Below, piece by piece: positions 1 through 10,552 of a stretch of DNA of 64,000 nt; the first letter of the stretch is position 1; each line of letters opens with the position of its first letter. The notes below the pieces were generated by a model, which was given only the letters and a program-made list of their open reading frames with translations, had not been told where the DNA came from and ran no database searches. Made by a program: the position numbers and the translations under genes. Origin of the DNA: Nitrospirota bacterium (GTDB lineage: Bacteria; Nitrospirota; Nitrospiria; Nitrospirales; Nitrospiraceae); assembly GCA_963701855.1 (NCBI GenBank), contig CAVPBK010000012.1, positions 1 through 64,000 on the forward strand, read 5' to 3'.

Positions 1-120
1 TTCGCCACTCCCACGGCAGCACCGGCTGCGGATCAGCCCACAATCCTTTCCTCGCCTCTCGCGCCGACTGCTCTAACTGCTCCAGTTCCGTATCTCCTAG
101 AGAATATTTTCGATACCAGC
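1..120 (-). pseudogene. Thermonuclease (SNase-like) 3' remnant
   Basis: Minus strand translates WYRKYSLGDTELEQLEQSAREARKGLWADPQPVLPWEWR, matching the C-terminus of the long copy at 48198-48704. Confidence 0.85.
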
Positions 121-358
121 GAGCCCACGATGCAGGCTGATTCTGTTCGATCCGATGTGTGAGAGAATAAAGCCCGTGCCGCCACACACAATGCCCTTCT
201 TCAGCATGGCGTCAGTCGCTCGGCCATCTCACTTCGAAAGAGTTTTCCGGACACCATTAGGTGATTCGCGGCCGCTGAAAAATCCATCTGTTCTTAACCG
301 TTTGGGAACGAGCCCAATGTCACTACCAGAAAATTCTCACGCATACATTCAGAAACTT

Positions 359-1006
359 TCAGAGACTCTTCATTAACCGGACGACCTTACCCCACACCTT
401 GTCCTGTTTCGATAATAGAAGGTTTTCATACCTTGGGTTCAGGGGATGGAGTATGTAGTGGCTTTCGATATATTCGACTTGTCTGAAGAGAGCGGTTTCT
501 GGGTGCCCTCCCGGACAATGGACGATGACATAGTCTCCGGGCTTCCACTTGCAATCTGGATCCACAAAAATGATCTGCCCCTCCCTGAACATGGTCTCCA
601 TCGAGTCATCCTTTACTTTCAAGGCGACGGTGCGTTTCCCAAAAATGTCTGTCGTATCGAGCGTCGCTTCGGCATGGATGACACCAGGAAGGCTTGTGCT
701 TGTGATAATCTGACTCATGTGATACCAGTCCAACAGGGGAATCTTCCGAATGAGACCAGTAGCAGACTGAAGGGTGCGATCTGATAGATTAAGAATCACT
801 GTTGAGTGTGTCGACCCACCGGTCTGAAGTACATCCACATCCACCCGAAAATACCTCGTAAATTTGTCCCATACGGCAGAGTCTGTAGGGAATTCATTGG
901 CAATAATATTCGTGATCGTTTGCAGGGAAACCTCAATGGCCGAGGCCAATTCCTCTTCCGTCAACCCTTCCTCTAATTCTCTAAGAATAAGACTTCTCAC
1001 GTTCAC
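359..1006 (-). CDS. XRE-type HTH / S24 peptidase (LexA/CI-like) transcriptional regulator
   Basis: N-terminal HTH (GLTEEELASAIEVSLQTI), IPLLDW linker, S24 motifs ALKVKDDSM and LHPLNPRY. Confidence 0.85.
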   Translation of the reverse strand: MNVRSLILRELEEGLTEEELASAIEVSLQTITNIIANEFPTDSAVWDKFTRYFRVDVDVLQTGGSTHSTVILNLSDRTLQSATGLIRKIPLLDWYHMSQIITSTSLPGVIHAEATLDTTDIFGKRTVALKVKDDSMETMFREGQIIFVDPDCKWKPGDYVIVHCPGGHPETALFRQVEYIESHYILHPLNPRYENLLLSKQDKVWGKVVRLMKSL

Positions 1007-1119
1007 AGCTAGTACTCCGATCGTTTCCTAACGCAGAATTTGACCACCACTCCACACCAAAGGAAAGGGCAGCATAATGAAAATGCTATTCTGCATTGTG
1101 CGACAAAGCAAGAGGAGCG

Positions 1120-1195
1120 ACGGGAGGGGTGAATCGAGAAGGGCATAGGGGACTGGGAGGGGCGTATTCTAAGAGGGAAGCGAAGAACGGCGCAA
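1120..1195 (-). promoter_or_regulatory. Repeated promoter + leader module (copy 1)
   Basis: TTGCGC-18nt-TAGAAT followed by ATG CCC TTC TCG ATT (MPFSIHPSRR); lies upstream of the S24 regulator. Confidence 0.65.
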
Positions 1196-1210
1196 GGGCC
1201 ACAGGCCGTC

Positions 1211-1267
1211 AGCGAGGGGAATGCGCCGTTGACGATGCAAGCACTCTCCGAGCTGCTACGCAGCTAG
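1211..1267 (+). pseudogene. DUF72-like protein C-terminal remnant
   Basis: SEGNAPLTMQALSELLRS*, same peptide as the remnants at 52605, 61065, 61700 and 62413. Confidence 0.6.
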
Positions 1268-1429
1268 GTGCTTCTGGGCCACAAATTCACCGCAGAGAAT
1301 GCAGTTGTAGTGTCCTGCTGAAGGCCCCACGTCATTCCATTCCAATTCCAGGTTTAGATGCTCACATGGTGATCGATCCGTTCGCTCTTTCCATTTCACT
1401 CGTAAAGCAGCCGCTTGATTTATGGTCAT
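1256..1429 (-). CDS. Small Cys/His-rich protein (possible zinc ribbon)
   Basis: CEHLNLELE...YNCILCGE; paralogue at 16768-16959; AAGGAGG RBS. Confidence 0.6.
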   Translation of the reverse strand: MTINQAAALRVKWKERTDRSPCEHLNLELEWNDVGPSAGHYNCILCGEFVAQKHLAA

Positions 1430-1539
1430 GGGATTGCCCTCCTTTTGGGTGGCAGCGCACAAGAAATTCTATCATGGCTTGCCTGAAGGACTAAAGGTGG
1501 TGAGAAAACGGACAAACCAATCCGCTGGTTGAGGGACAA

Positions 1540-1983
1540 TCAAAACCTCCATATCGGTTTGCTCGCTCTGAGGTAGCCTAGGAGTATGTCTCTGCGAGAA
1601 ACGACGCCTACTAGCTTGCCTTCCGCGTCAACCACGGCAACCCGAATGAGATGTTTGCTCTGCAACAGCTGAATAATCTCCATCGCTGGTGTATCTTGAG
1701 TCACAGAGATGATCCCCTTGGTCATCATATCCCCTGCCGTCACCGTCGAGAGTTGTTTGCCCTCCGTGATTACCTTGAGTAAGTCGAACTCACTCACCAG
1801 CCCGACTACCTTGCCGTCACTGGCTACAATGGGAACGCTCCCAAACCCGCCTTCAGTGATCGCCCCAGCCAGCTTATCTCCCGTATCCTCAACATGGTAA
1901 TACGACACCACATTTTGCATGAACTGCTCTGCCTTGAGCGTTGTAAAATCATGGGGGCCTATCATGTATTCGACGCGTCGCAT
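1540..1983 (-). CDS. CBS domain protein
   Basis: Two CBS motifs (VPIVASDGKVVGLVSEFDLL; VAVVDAEGKLVGVVSRRDIL); GAGG RBS. Confidence 0.9.
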   Translation of the reverse strand: MRRVEYMIGPHDFTTLKAEQFMQNVVSYYHVEDTGDKLAGAITEGGFGSVPIVASDGKVVGLVSEFDLLKVITEGKQLSTVTAGDMMTKGIISVTQDTPAMEIIQLLQSKHLIRVAVVDAEGKLVGVVSRRDILLGYLRASKPIWRF

Positions 1984-2384
1984 AATAACACCTCCTATTC
2001 GGGGGTCTTGTTAGATTCTCCCTCATTGTCCATCCCTTTTCTCGTCTCGGTTACGACAAGGCAACAAGGTGTCGCTCCATTTTTTCGCGATCATCACGAC
2101 CGCAAACCATAAAAAGGTACAATCCATCGTTACTTTGGAGCATGAACCATACCTGATTTTGACTGATCGGCGAACTGGTGTGCTCTTTCACGATTCCAAT
2201 GACTTGACGCGTTCTAGAGCATGAAGCTGCGAGGACAAGGCCTAGCTCGGAGAGGCAAGGGTCCACAGTCAACTGAGAGGAGATGTGGCTATTTGCCACG
2301 ACAGCAACGTGCAGCTTCATGCTTGGGGGGATGGGGTGGAATCATTAGGAGGACTAGAATCGAACCTCGTTCAGGAAAAATCAA

Positions 2385-2543
2385 TTGACCAAAACCAAAA
2401 AAGTGGGCTAGCGGCAGCTTGAGGAATGAGCCCTAGTGGTACGTGACGGAACGTTGCAAAGGGTAGCGACGGTCGAGACGAAACGTGAAGGGCGTAGAGG
2501 TCTCGTAGGGAAGCGTATTCTAGGGGGGCAGATCAAACCGCAA
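2385..2543 (-). pseudogene. Degenerate promoter + leader module (copy 2) with adhesin-E-type N-terminal remnant
   Basis: TTGCGG-15nt-TAGAAT; start codon mutated to ACG; xPFTFRLDRRYPLQRSVTYH*GSFLKLPLAHFFGF. Confidence 0.6.
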
Positions 2544-3064
2544 GGAGGGGCGGGATTTGTTGGCGTGACGCAAACCGTCGTTTGTCCGGGTGCGCCCACC
2601 CAGATGATACGCTTCGGGTACCCATTTTATAACCAGGGCAACGACGTTCTGCTCAGCGCGGATGGCCAAAGCTTCGGCGACACCCATTTGCCTTTTTATT
2701 CCTTCCAGTTCACACGGCCGTAGGACCCCAGCCCCGGCCTACTCGTCCTTTCGCTACCGTGGTCGTCACGGTGCCCTTCGCGGACTTCGAAACCAAATCA
2801 CGTTCGCGTACCTTGCCGCGGTCTACGGACTCGGTGAAAGACGTGGAGGTGTAGGCGATGAAGCTGTTTCTCCCGTTCTTGGATCGACGCGAAAAGCCAC
2901 GGTTTGTAGGAGTCAGCCATTTCATATTCAGAGAGCTTTCTCGGCAGGCGGAGAGTCTATTGAGGACTCTCACGCCTAGCCATAAGTCCGTCGCGCCTCT
3001 CATCGGACCGGTCAGAATCAGGAAATTACTTGCAGGATGTGGCACCTAATGGCACACCTAGACC

Positions 3065-3352
3065 ATGAGCATGATACGGAGAAGGGCCTGGGTCAGCCTC
3101 GGAGGGAGTCTGTGTTTGGCCATCACCCTGAGCGCCTGCGGAGCCCTGCCTGCCACCTCAGTCAACAAGAAAAGTGATCCTGCTGCTGTCGACGCAAGTG
3201 TCGTCCGGGCCCTTCAGCGACACATCATAGAGCGAGAGAAACGCATTGCGGAGTTAGAGGCCCAGTTGAACGCCTTGAAGGTGATCGATCAGGACATGGA
3301 GAAACGGAGGCAGTCCAGCCGGCCACCCGCGACGTTGACGCCTATTGAGTGA
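3065..3352 (+). CDS. Hypothetical lipoprotein with coiled coil
   Basis: Lipobox LSAC; heptad-like REKRIAELEAQLNALK. Confidence 0.65.
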   Translation: MSMIRRRAWVSLGGSLCLAITLSACGALPATSVNKKSDPAAVDASVVRALQRHIIEREKRIAELEAQLNALKVIDQDMEKRRQSSRPPATLTPIE

Positions 3353-3423
3353 CCATCGTTCAGTGGGGTAGTTCCGTCACGATAGTTCATCAGTAAGAGT
3401 GATTGATCAAGAAAGGAGACAGC

Positions 3424-3768
3424 ATGACCGGGTTTGTCATGCGGAAGAATCACCGGCTCAAGAAATTGGTGCCGGTGCGGTACCTTCGGGACAAGATTGC
3501 CGGTGAAGGCATCATCAAAGATCTTTCGCTGACCGGGAGCTATATTACGGGGAATGCACCGGTCTCCGTAGGCATGGCGCTCGCCCTGCAAATTTTTGTG
3601 CCGGGAGACCCGGAGCCGTTGTTGATTGATCGCGCCATCGTGAAATGGGTCAAGGGATCTGAGTTCGGGGTGGACTTCGACACCCCCCAGCCGGAAGTGA
3701 CCCAGCGAATCACGCAGATCATCTCCGCACTGATCAAGACACAACATGGCTCTTCCCGTAGGGGATAA
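3424..3768 (+). CDS. PilZ domain protein
   Basis: RxxxR (RKNHR) and DLSxxG (DLSLTG) motifs; VKWVKGSEFGVDF. Confidence 0.85.
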   Translation: MTGFVMRKNHRLKKLVPVRYLRDKIAGEGIIKDLSLTGSYITGNAPVSVGMALALQIFVPGDPEPLLIDRAIVKWVKGSEFGVDFDTPQPEVTQRITQIISALIKTQHGSSRRG

Positions 3769-3816
3769 GAGAAGGGGACAACAGGTGCACGGCCCCCCAC
3801 ATGAATCTACCTGCGC

Positions 3817-3844
3817 TTTCGCCACTCCCACAGCGGCACCGGCT
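3817..3844 (-). pseudogene. Thermonuclease extreme 3' remnant
   Basis: Encodes PVPLWEWRK; TTCGCCACTCCCAC core shared with other copies. Confidence 0.7.
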
Positions 3845-4390
3845 AACCCTCAAGGATAATTCCCCGCCTGCAGGCGTACTTTCCCAATGAACTCCGCTTG
3901 CGCGTGTTTCAGCCCTTCCACGAACTGCGTAAGAGGGCCACTCCTTTCAGGATGACGTTCTGCCATAATAGAGGCCTTCCCCCTCGCGCACGTTTACCCG
4001 TTCACAATGTCGTGTAGGGGTGCCAGGACTAAGTCGCCCTCAAACGAAGTCCTCAAATCCTTCTTAAGCCTACGCAGCTCCTGTGAGAAACGGGCAACAT
4101 CGGTAGCATGATCGGGGCAGTTACTTGCGAAATCTTCCGAAAAATCGAGGGACGATAAGAGATAAGCGCGAATGTTCCAGAATGATGGGCTATCATCTGC
4201 TGGTTTCATAACACCCTCCTTACGGACAATTCCCCGCCACTCGATACCCCGCTTCTTCGGCCTCTGCCGCGCTATTAAACGCTACTCTGTTCTCTGTTCT
4301 GTGGTGCAACCTGGCTGTAGTTCGGACCGTCAGGCCAGTGATAGATGTGACTCTTTCGGTTGCCGATGACAGGATAAGGAGACGCTGAGG

Positions 4391-4831
4391 TCAAGGATGC
4401 AAAGTCTTGCCAGTAGCTCCTAAGAGTGGCGGACTACGAGAAGACGTACTGCCTTCGGTCTCAGCATCCAACGGTACGAGGCCTGACAAGTCCAGTGATT
4501 GCCCTCGTCTGGCCTTGCGATAGACCCACGGTGGGATGGGTGCCGGATCAACCCATAAGCCTTTCTTTGCCTCCCATGCATCCTTTTCCAGGCTTTCAAG
4601 CATGGAATCCTCCGGCGCATACTTCCGATACCACCAGCATCAGCCTTGCTTGACAAGTTCCTGATTGAGATTCATCCCATCGGGCAGGATCACATCGGCA
4701 ATGGCGCGCTTGTACTTGTCGTAGCCGTGGCTCTGTAGCGTGACTTCTTTCCCGAATACGAGGTCAGAGGCAGCCTGCTTCGCTCGTTTGCCGAACACCT
4801 GGCCTTTCTTAGGACAGTCGATGCTGCTCAG
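4391..4831 (-). pseudogene. Thermonuclease pseudogene, 5'-truncated with in-frame stop
   Basis: LSSIDCPKKGQVFGKRAKQAASDLVFGKEVTLQSHGYDKYKRAIADVILPDGMNLNQELVKQG*CWWYRKYAPE...GLWVDPAPIPPWVYRK. Confidence 0.9.
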
Positions 4832-4883
4832 TCATGAACGGACAGCCCAAGAGAAGGGCACACACTTACGTGGCCGATAAACG

Positions 4884-5750
4884 CTAAGGGAAAGAACCAC
4901 CTCTCCCAAACTGTTGATACGCGTGATGCTCGCACGCAGAGCGGAGGTCGTCAAACGCTTTGAGATCCTTGGGGAACCGATTCACACACCGGAGTAGAGC
5001 CTCTCCTAAGTGTTCGTCATTAGTTTTGTCCTCCAAGACCTGTAGTTTCCCCGTCAGATCAATGGGTGGGGCTTCCTCAGGATGTGTCGCATGCGGCAGG
5101 GGACGAGACGCTGAAGGTATGGGCGTCGGGGCAGCGGAATGAGCGCCCATGAGTTTCCAACTCTTCAGGCGACCGTCCTCATCGAGCACGAGGGTGAGCC
5201 TAAATTGTGGGTAGTCCCAAATGGCTTTGCCACTCTGGGGGTGGATGGTGATCGAGCGGGGTTGCCCCACTCGCTCCCAAATTTGATCATTACTCATCCC
5301 CACCTGGAGGGTCCGGTCAGGGACTACCTGGGCCACAGATGGAGAGCTGGCGGAGGGGCTCCCCGATCTGCCGCGTCGAACGAGACGTTCGAGATCTGCG
5401 GTCTGCACTCGCAGGAGCCGCCATACGTTTACCTTACTGGGTGCACAGCCTGGCGATTCAGGCGCTTCATACACCATTTGGGTCTCGATCGTGACACCCG
5501 CAATCTCGTGCGTTTGGGTGAAGTTCCGAATCTCCTGGACCGCTGACTCATAGGCCTGTTGTCGGCCAGCCTCAACGCTCGGAGCGCAGGAGGCACGGCC
5601 AGCAAAGAACATCTCATCACCAAAGCGGAACATCGCTTGTTCTGTCCAGAAGGGATGGGATAAGACATCATCGCCGTGGGCCGAGGAGACGAGTGAGGCT
5701 AGGCCGAGCACAATGACAAGTTGGCAATAAGACCGCATGGTGATCATCAT
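4884..5750 (-). CDS. Hypothetical exported protein
   Basis: 288-aa ORF with signal peptide (LASLVSSAHG); central LQVGMSNDQIWERVGQP resembles SmpA/OmlA-like motifs. Confidence 0.65.
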   Translation of the reverse strand: MMITMRSYCQLVIVLGLASLVSSAHGDDVLSHPFWTEQAMFRFGDEMFFAGRASCAPSVEAGRQQAYESAVQEIRNFTQTHEIAGVTIETQMVYEAPESPGCAPSKVNVWRLLRVQTADLERLVRRGRSGSPSASSPSVAQVVPDRTLQVGMSNDQIWERVGQPRSITIHPQSGKAIWDYPQFRLTLVLDEDGRLKSWKLMGAHSAAPTPIPSASRPLPHATHPEEAPPIDLTGKLQVLEDKTNDEHLGEALLRCVNRFPKDLKAFDDLRSACEHHAYQQFGRGGSFP

Positions 5751-5769
5751 TTCTGCTTCGCCACAATCT
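5747..5769 (-). pseudogene. ComEA/HhH gene extreme 3' remnant
   Basis: IVAKQK*, identical to the end of 6178-6283 and of 49756-50055. Confidence 0.6.
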
Positions 5770-5818
5770 GACTCTTGACTAGCGACTCTCTGTAGCGAGA
5801 GACCGGCCAGAATGGCGG

Positions 5819-6118
5819 CTATTGGCCCATTCCGGGAATGAACTGCTTTAAGGACTCCTCTTCTTTTTTCATGGTATCCCCCCCCGTCGGTGACAGGGCA
5901 GACAACTGATCTTTGGCGTGTTTGAGCGTGCCCATATTCTTTTGGAGCGCGTCCACGTTCTTCTCCATCTCGACCAGCGCGCTCCCGATCTGAGTAATGG
6001 AAGTTTTTAACCCGAAGAGTCCTTGGGCTGAGGCGACATGCAACGAGAGCCCTCCCATACCAAATCCGAGCAGGAACGCGGCAATCGTGACGATGTAGAT
6101 CGATCGTGTGGCTGTCAT
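5819..6118 (-). CDS. Hypothetical exported coiled-coil protein
   Basis: GGAGG RBS, signal/TM segment, heptad region. Confidence 0.6.
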   Translation of the reverse strand: MTATRSIYIVTIAAFLLGFGMGGLSLHVASAQGLFGLKTSITQIGSALVEMEKNVDALQKNMGTLKHAKDQLSALSPTGGDTMKKEEESLKQFIPGMGQ

Positions 6119-6177
6119 AGATTCCTCCCTGGTTGTGTGAATCCTATTTGCATTCTTGCGACGACGTGTAACCCCTC

Positions 6178-6283
6178 TCATTTCTGCTTCGCCACAATCT
6201 TGTATTTGATCCCCTCATCCGTGGCGCGTGGCAGGATCTTTTTCTGTACCAGTTCATCCCTCCGTGAATACGGTCGGCCCTTG
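6178..6283 (-). pseudogene. ComEA/HhH gene 3' remnant
   Basis: KGRPYSRRDELVQKKILPRATDEGIKYKIVAKQK*, near-identical to the C-terminus of 49756-50055; cut off by an IS3-like end at 6284. Confidence 0.85.
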
Positions 6284-6383
6284 TGACCTGCCCCCGTTTA
6301 TTACAGCTGGAGAGAATGTTGAAGTCAAAAGGGATCTGGAATGATTTGCTTTGCAGCCAACCGTAAACTATTGTCCGAATCCG

Positions 6384-6977
6384 TTATACCGATTTAGCCG
6401 CAGCCATTTGTCTCACAGTAGCCAAACCTTTCCAATCTTCCATGTCTTGATCAGGTTTTTCTGTCCGATATTTCGCGTAGAGAGCAATACCTTCGAGATC
6501 TTCTAGAATATCGACCCGAACTCCCTTTTGGCGAAGCATTTCTTCGTTGCCCGAAGCACTTGTTACATCACCTACAGCGACCCTGTTGAACTGGCGCATA
6601 TAAATCAACGTCGCACATACATCACAGGGGCTCAATGTCGTAAAAATTGTCGTCAGGCTGAAATCGAGGCGCCCGGCATCGCGTATCGCGGATGTTTCGC
6701 CATGATTATACGGGTGGTTCTCCTGGACGAGTCTGTTATGCCCTTTGCCTAAAATCTGGCGGGTTTCATTGCTGATAACCACGCCACCAATCGGACAGCC
6801 GCCTTCATCATATCCCTTCTGTGCCAACAGAACCGCGATACGCATGAAATCCTTGTCCGTGAGTTTCCTGAAAAAGCCTTCCTCGACTATCTGCGGCAAG
6901 CTTTTGGTTGGAAAATGGGCAATAGTATTCAACACCGCATTTGTGACAGGCGTGTCTTGAGTAATGAACGCGTTCAT
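6384..6977 (-). CDS. Zn-dependent nucleoside/cytosine deaminase (CDA fold)
   Basis: GGCPIGGV, GHN, HGE and SPCDVC motifs. Confidence 0.9.
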   Translation of the reverse strand: MNAFITQDTPVTNAVLNTIAHFPTKSLPQIVEEGFFRKLTDKDFMRIAVLLAQKGYDEGGCPIGGVVISNETRQILGKGHNRLVQENHPYNHGETSAIRDAGRLDFSLTTIFTTLSPCDVCATLIYMRQFNRVAVGDVTSASGNEEMLRQKGVRVDILEDLEGIALYAKYRTEKPDQDMEDWKGLATVRQMAAAKSV

Positions 6978-7374
6978 GCCCGTTTCTCTCCCATCTTTTG
7001 AAATTGAAGTCACTTAAGCCTGAGCCGTTGCTGCCCCCTTTTCTTCCCTCAGATGGCCAGGCCGTCCACGCGCCCAGAAATGTTGGATTGCACGGTCCGA
7101 CCGTCATTCTTGCCCTAGTGCGCCTGATGAAGCACTGCGATCACACGCAGCGGAACACCGATACCAGCGGCAATCTTTATCGGCAGAGCGATCACTTCGA
7201 ATCCCAGATCAGGAAGAACGAGAAGATCACCAAGATTTTCGAACACCGGTACGTTATGGGAGAGGAGCACGATATGCGTCTCAAATCCAGTGGATTGCCG
7301 CTGTTTCTTCTCTCGACCATCGGATTGCGGTTTCAGGGATCACAATGCATAAGGCCGAACAGCGCATAGGTGAT

Positions 7375-8136
7375 TCACCGCCGTGCTCGAATTTGGAGAA
7401 AGTCTTGATGGACTGAGAGGCGATGGGTGCCGTCGGCGGTGGCAAAGTGCGTTGCGACATAGGCTTCTAGGTCGCGCCGGGCGGGAGGCCGGCTGATCGG
7501 CAGGAGATTGAGCATGAATTCGGCGACGGTATAGGCCGCAGCAGGCTCTGAAGTCTCCACATGGGCGAGGTCGAGAGTCGTGGTGACGTCATAGCGGTCG
7601 CCGTGTTTGGTGCGGAAGGTGTCGGCGAGCCCGCCGAGGTCGAACCGATGGCCGAAGAAATATTCTAGCATGGTCATGCAGGCGGTGCCACGATTCTGAA
7701 GCACGACGACCGTGACGCCGGCGGGCGACATCCAGGAGACCAGCCGTTCGAGGTGCGCGAGCCACTCTTCAGCCGGAATGTAATAGAGTGTGTGAGAACA
7801 AAGGACAAAATCTCCTTTGGTCTCTGGACTGGCGGCTAAAATCGACGTGTCGATGGCATCGACCTGCGGGATGGCACGCTGGAGCTGGGTCAACAGATAC
7901 GTGTTCGGTTCGATCGCAATGGTGCGGTCGAAGGCCCCGGCGAAGATGCGGGTGAGTTCCCCGTTGCCGGCGCCGGCGTCGATGAAGACCTTTCGCACGG
8001 GCAAGTCGTCCACCAACTTCTGCAACAGTCGCTTCGCATTCCGCTTCTGGTCGGTGTGGGCGAGAAAGACTTGAAAGGCGTGCTTGTAATCCTCGCCCTG
8101 CGAGTCAAATACGCGAATGGGTTCCGATTGTGTCAC
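7375..8136 (-). CDS. Class I SAM-dependent methyltransferase
   Basis: FIDAGAGNG motif I, AIEPN, DFVLCSHTLYY; start codon uncertain. Confidence 0.85.
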   Translation of the reverse strand: MTQSEPIRVFDSQGEDYKHAFQVFLAHTDQKRNAKRLLQKLVDDLPVRKVFIDAGAGNGELTRIFAGAFDRTIAIEPNTYLLTQLQRAIPQVDAIDTSILAASPETKGDFVLCSHTLYYIPAEEWLAHLERLVSWMSPAGVTVVVLQNRGTACMTMLEYFFGHRFDLGGLADTFRTKHGDRYDVTTTLDLAHVETSEPAAAYTVAEFMLNLLPISRPPARRDLEAYVATHFATADGTHRLSVHQDFLQIRARR

Positions 8137-8544
8137 GGTGGTGTCCTGTTGAGGGTCGGATGGGTGTGTCAGACCGTTGATGGCGTCGCAGCATACCCCT
8201 TTCCCCGCGAGAATGCACCAAGACTTCCTAGGGAAAACGGCCACACTGGATGCATGTGTCAGAGCGCACCGCAGGCCAGCGGTGGCACATCAGGGAGAGA
8301 GGCCAACGTTCTGCTCTGAGCAGAACGGCTATAGCAGGGGCCAAGACTAGGCAGACCATGGAATAAGCCCGTATAATTCCGACTGAAGCCGCTAGAGTAG
8401 CTACCGAACGCCAGGCACTCTCAGTAGGCCTTCAGCCTAGTCCTCGATCGGGCAGGGCGTCAAGTACGAGTTGCCGGTTCAGGCCACAACAAAAAATAGA
8501 CTCAGCGACCCTCGTGTCAATGTCACCTGTCGAATTGTCTACTA

Positions 8545-9096
8545 TCATGGGACAGCGCGTCCTGGCTCGTGCTTCTGAATGCGGGCCACCACATCGTATA
8601 TCTTCTGCTCCGTCAGCAGCGCGCCCTTGACGTATTCCTGTACGCGCCCCTCTTGATCGATGAACACGCTGACCGGCAACCCAAACACCCCAAATTGATT
8701 TGCCACTTTGTTATCACGATCCATCAGAACTTGGTAGGTGTAGCCGTGCTGTCTGATGTGTTCGCGCACCTCGGCATCGCCTTCGAGTTCGTCAATTGCC
8801 AGTATGACAAACCCATTGTCCCGAAGCCTGTCGTAGGTGGCCTGCATGGCCGGCATTTCCGTTGTGCAGCCCTTGCACCAGGTGGCCCAAAAGTTCACGA
8901 GCACGATCTTGCCGCGATATTGGCTGAGGCTCTGTGACTTGCCCTCCAAGTCGATCAGGCTGAAATCCTCGGCCTGCATACCGACGGTCGGGACTCGCGA
9001 GCCCATGCTCCACACCAGGCCGCCGCTGACTACGAGTGTGACACTCAAGGCCAGCAGCCCCACCAGGGCTTTGCTGTGGGTCGTTTTCAAGTGCAT
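8545..9096 (-). CDS. TlpA/ResA-family thiol-disulfide oxidoreductase
   Basis: N-terminal anchor, LVNFWATWCKGC, GLPVSVFID. Confidence 0.9.
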   Translation of the reverse strand: MHLKTTHSKALVGLLALSVTLVVSGGLVWSMGSRVPTVGMQAEDFSLIDLEGKSQSLSQYRGKIVLVNFWATWCKGCTTEMPAMQATYDRLRDNGFVILAIDELEGDAEVREHIRQHGYTYQVLMDRDNKVANQFGVFGLPVSVFIDQEGRVQEYVKGALLTEQKIYDVVARIQKHEPGRAVP

Positions 9097-9225
9097 CGCT
9101 CCCTCCAATTGGGTTGTTGGCGTCAAGGGCGTGCATGGGGAGGGATCAGTATGGCGTGGCCCCGTGAGACCGTCAAGGCGCAGAGGATTCCTCAGGCAGT
9201 TCTGCCATCCATATCTTTACTGCCT

Positions 9226-9361
9226 CTTTCGCCACTCCCACGGCGGAACCGACTGTGGGTCGGCCCATAACCCTCGCTTGGCCTCTCGCGCGTCCTTCTC
9301 TAGCCCTTCCAGCACCGTATTCCCTGGCGCATAATTTCGATATCACCAGCACCAACGGTCT
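9226..9361 (-). pseudogene. Thermonuclease 3' remnant
   Basis: DRWCW*YRNYAPGNTVLEGLEKDAREAKRGLWADPQSVPPWEWRK. Confidence 0.9.
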
Positions 9362-9573
9362 ATGACCAGCGTATGAATAACATAGAGCTTCGCGCGAGAC
9401 ATGCGAGAAAAGCACGATGAGCAAGACTGCGAGAGAAGCACAGGCTGAAGGCCGAAGTTTTCGGAACATCATCCTTCAGCCATCGAACCCTTGCCATCCC
9501 ACCACTTTCGCCCGTCTCTCCCGCCCGCCCTTCTGGGAGTGACCGATCATTTGTGTTAAGCTCACTCTCACCG

Positions 9574-10482
9574 ATGACTCCTTCACCAAAGTATCAGGAA
9601 GGGAAACTGTTTTGCAGTCGTTTGCTTCTGCTGGCCCTGCTCTGTGTAGCCTGCATCGCCTGCAGCACGACCGCCCCGACCGGAACAATCCTCTTTGAGG
9701 ACGCTCGCGGATCCGTGTCTCTGCAGACGATTTCTGACCCATTGATTCAGGCCAGTCATCCGATCAATCTGGAACCAGCCCTTCTCACCCAGTTATTGAA
9801 AGGCTTAGAGATCGATGACGGAGGTGTTGGGGCCCACCATGTCAAGACCATGCAGTCTTCGATCACTGGAGCGGTAGCTATCTCCCCCCTCTTTTCGGAA
9901 GATCAGGTCCAGTTCCTCGCTCCACTACTTGCGGAAGGTTTACGTACAGCAAGACCCAATCAGTCTATCGAATATCGTGTTGTGACAACGCACGAACCTT
10001 CTAATAGATTTCAAACACCGATCACGGAAACGACCAGCGGGTCTCTCTATGGCTATGGCCGGCAACTGTACATGATCCTCTCTCAATATCGCTATAACCC
10101 GATGCTGACGAGAATTTCACAGGAACAAGTCGATTATTCAAGCCTCAGGTGGCGTACGCTGCGGTTCACTCCGAAAGCCGCTCTCCGAGCCGATAGCCCG
10201 AATCCGCCGACAATGGAAAAGTCGACCGACAGGTTCGTTGCCATCGATTATCAGCTACTGGACCAAGCGTGGCGGGCCTTGGCAACCAAGAGGCAAGCTG
10301 CCCCTCAGGTGGGAGGCGGGGCCACGATAGTTGGCGAGCCGCTAGAAGCCACTCGCGCGGCCGAAGCCCAGGCTCGCTCCACAGAAGCCTTGGCTCAGGA
10401 AGTGGAAACCCTCAAGCAGGAGCAGGAATCCATTCAAAAACAACTCGGCAGCCAGAACCCCGGACAAGATAGCCCAAAGTAG
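9574..10482 (+). CDS. Hypothetical lipoprotein
   Basis: About 300-aa ORF with lipobox-like CIAC and a C-terminal coiled coil. Confidence 0.7.
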   Translation: MTPSPKYQEGKLFCSRLLLLALLCVACIACSTTAPTGTILFEDARGSVSLQTISDPLIQASHPINLEPALLTQLLKGLEIDDGGVGAHHVKTMQSSITGAVAISPLFSEDQVQFLAPLLAEGLRTARPNQSIEYRVVTTHEPSNRFQTPITETTSGSLYGYGRQLYMILSQYRYNPMLTRISQEQVDYSSLRWRTLRFTPKAALRADSPNPPTMEKSTDRFVAIDYQLLDQAWRALATKRQAAPQVGGGATIVGEPLEATRAAEAQARSTEALAQEVETLKQEQESIQKQLGSQNPGQDSPK

Positions 10483-10552
10483 AAAGCCGCGCCGCTATTA
10501 AAGCAATGAGCGAGACAGACAAGGGTCTGAAGGGTAACGGCTGAAGCTTTTG

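Noticed and set aside
2560..3050. Short overlapping ORFs
   Set aside because: No motifs or RBS; probably decayed sequence
8330..8530. Possible ncRNA/riboswitch upstream of the methyltransferase
   Set aside because: No recognisable consensus or convincing structure
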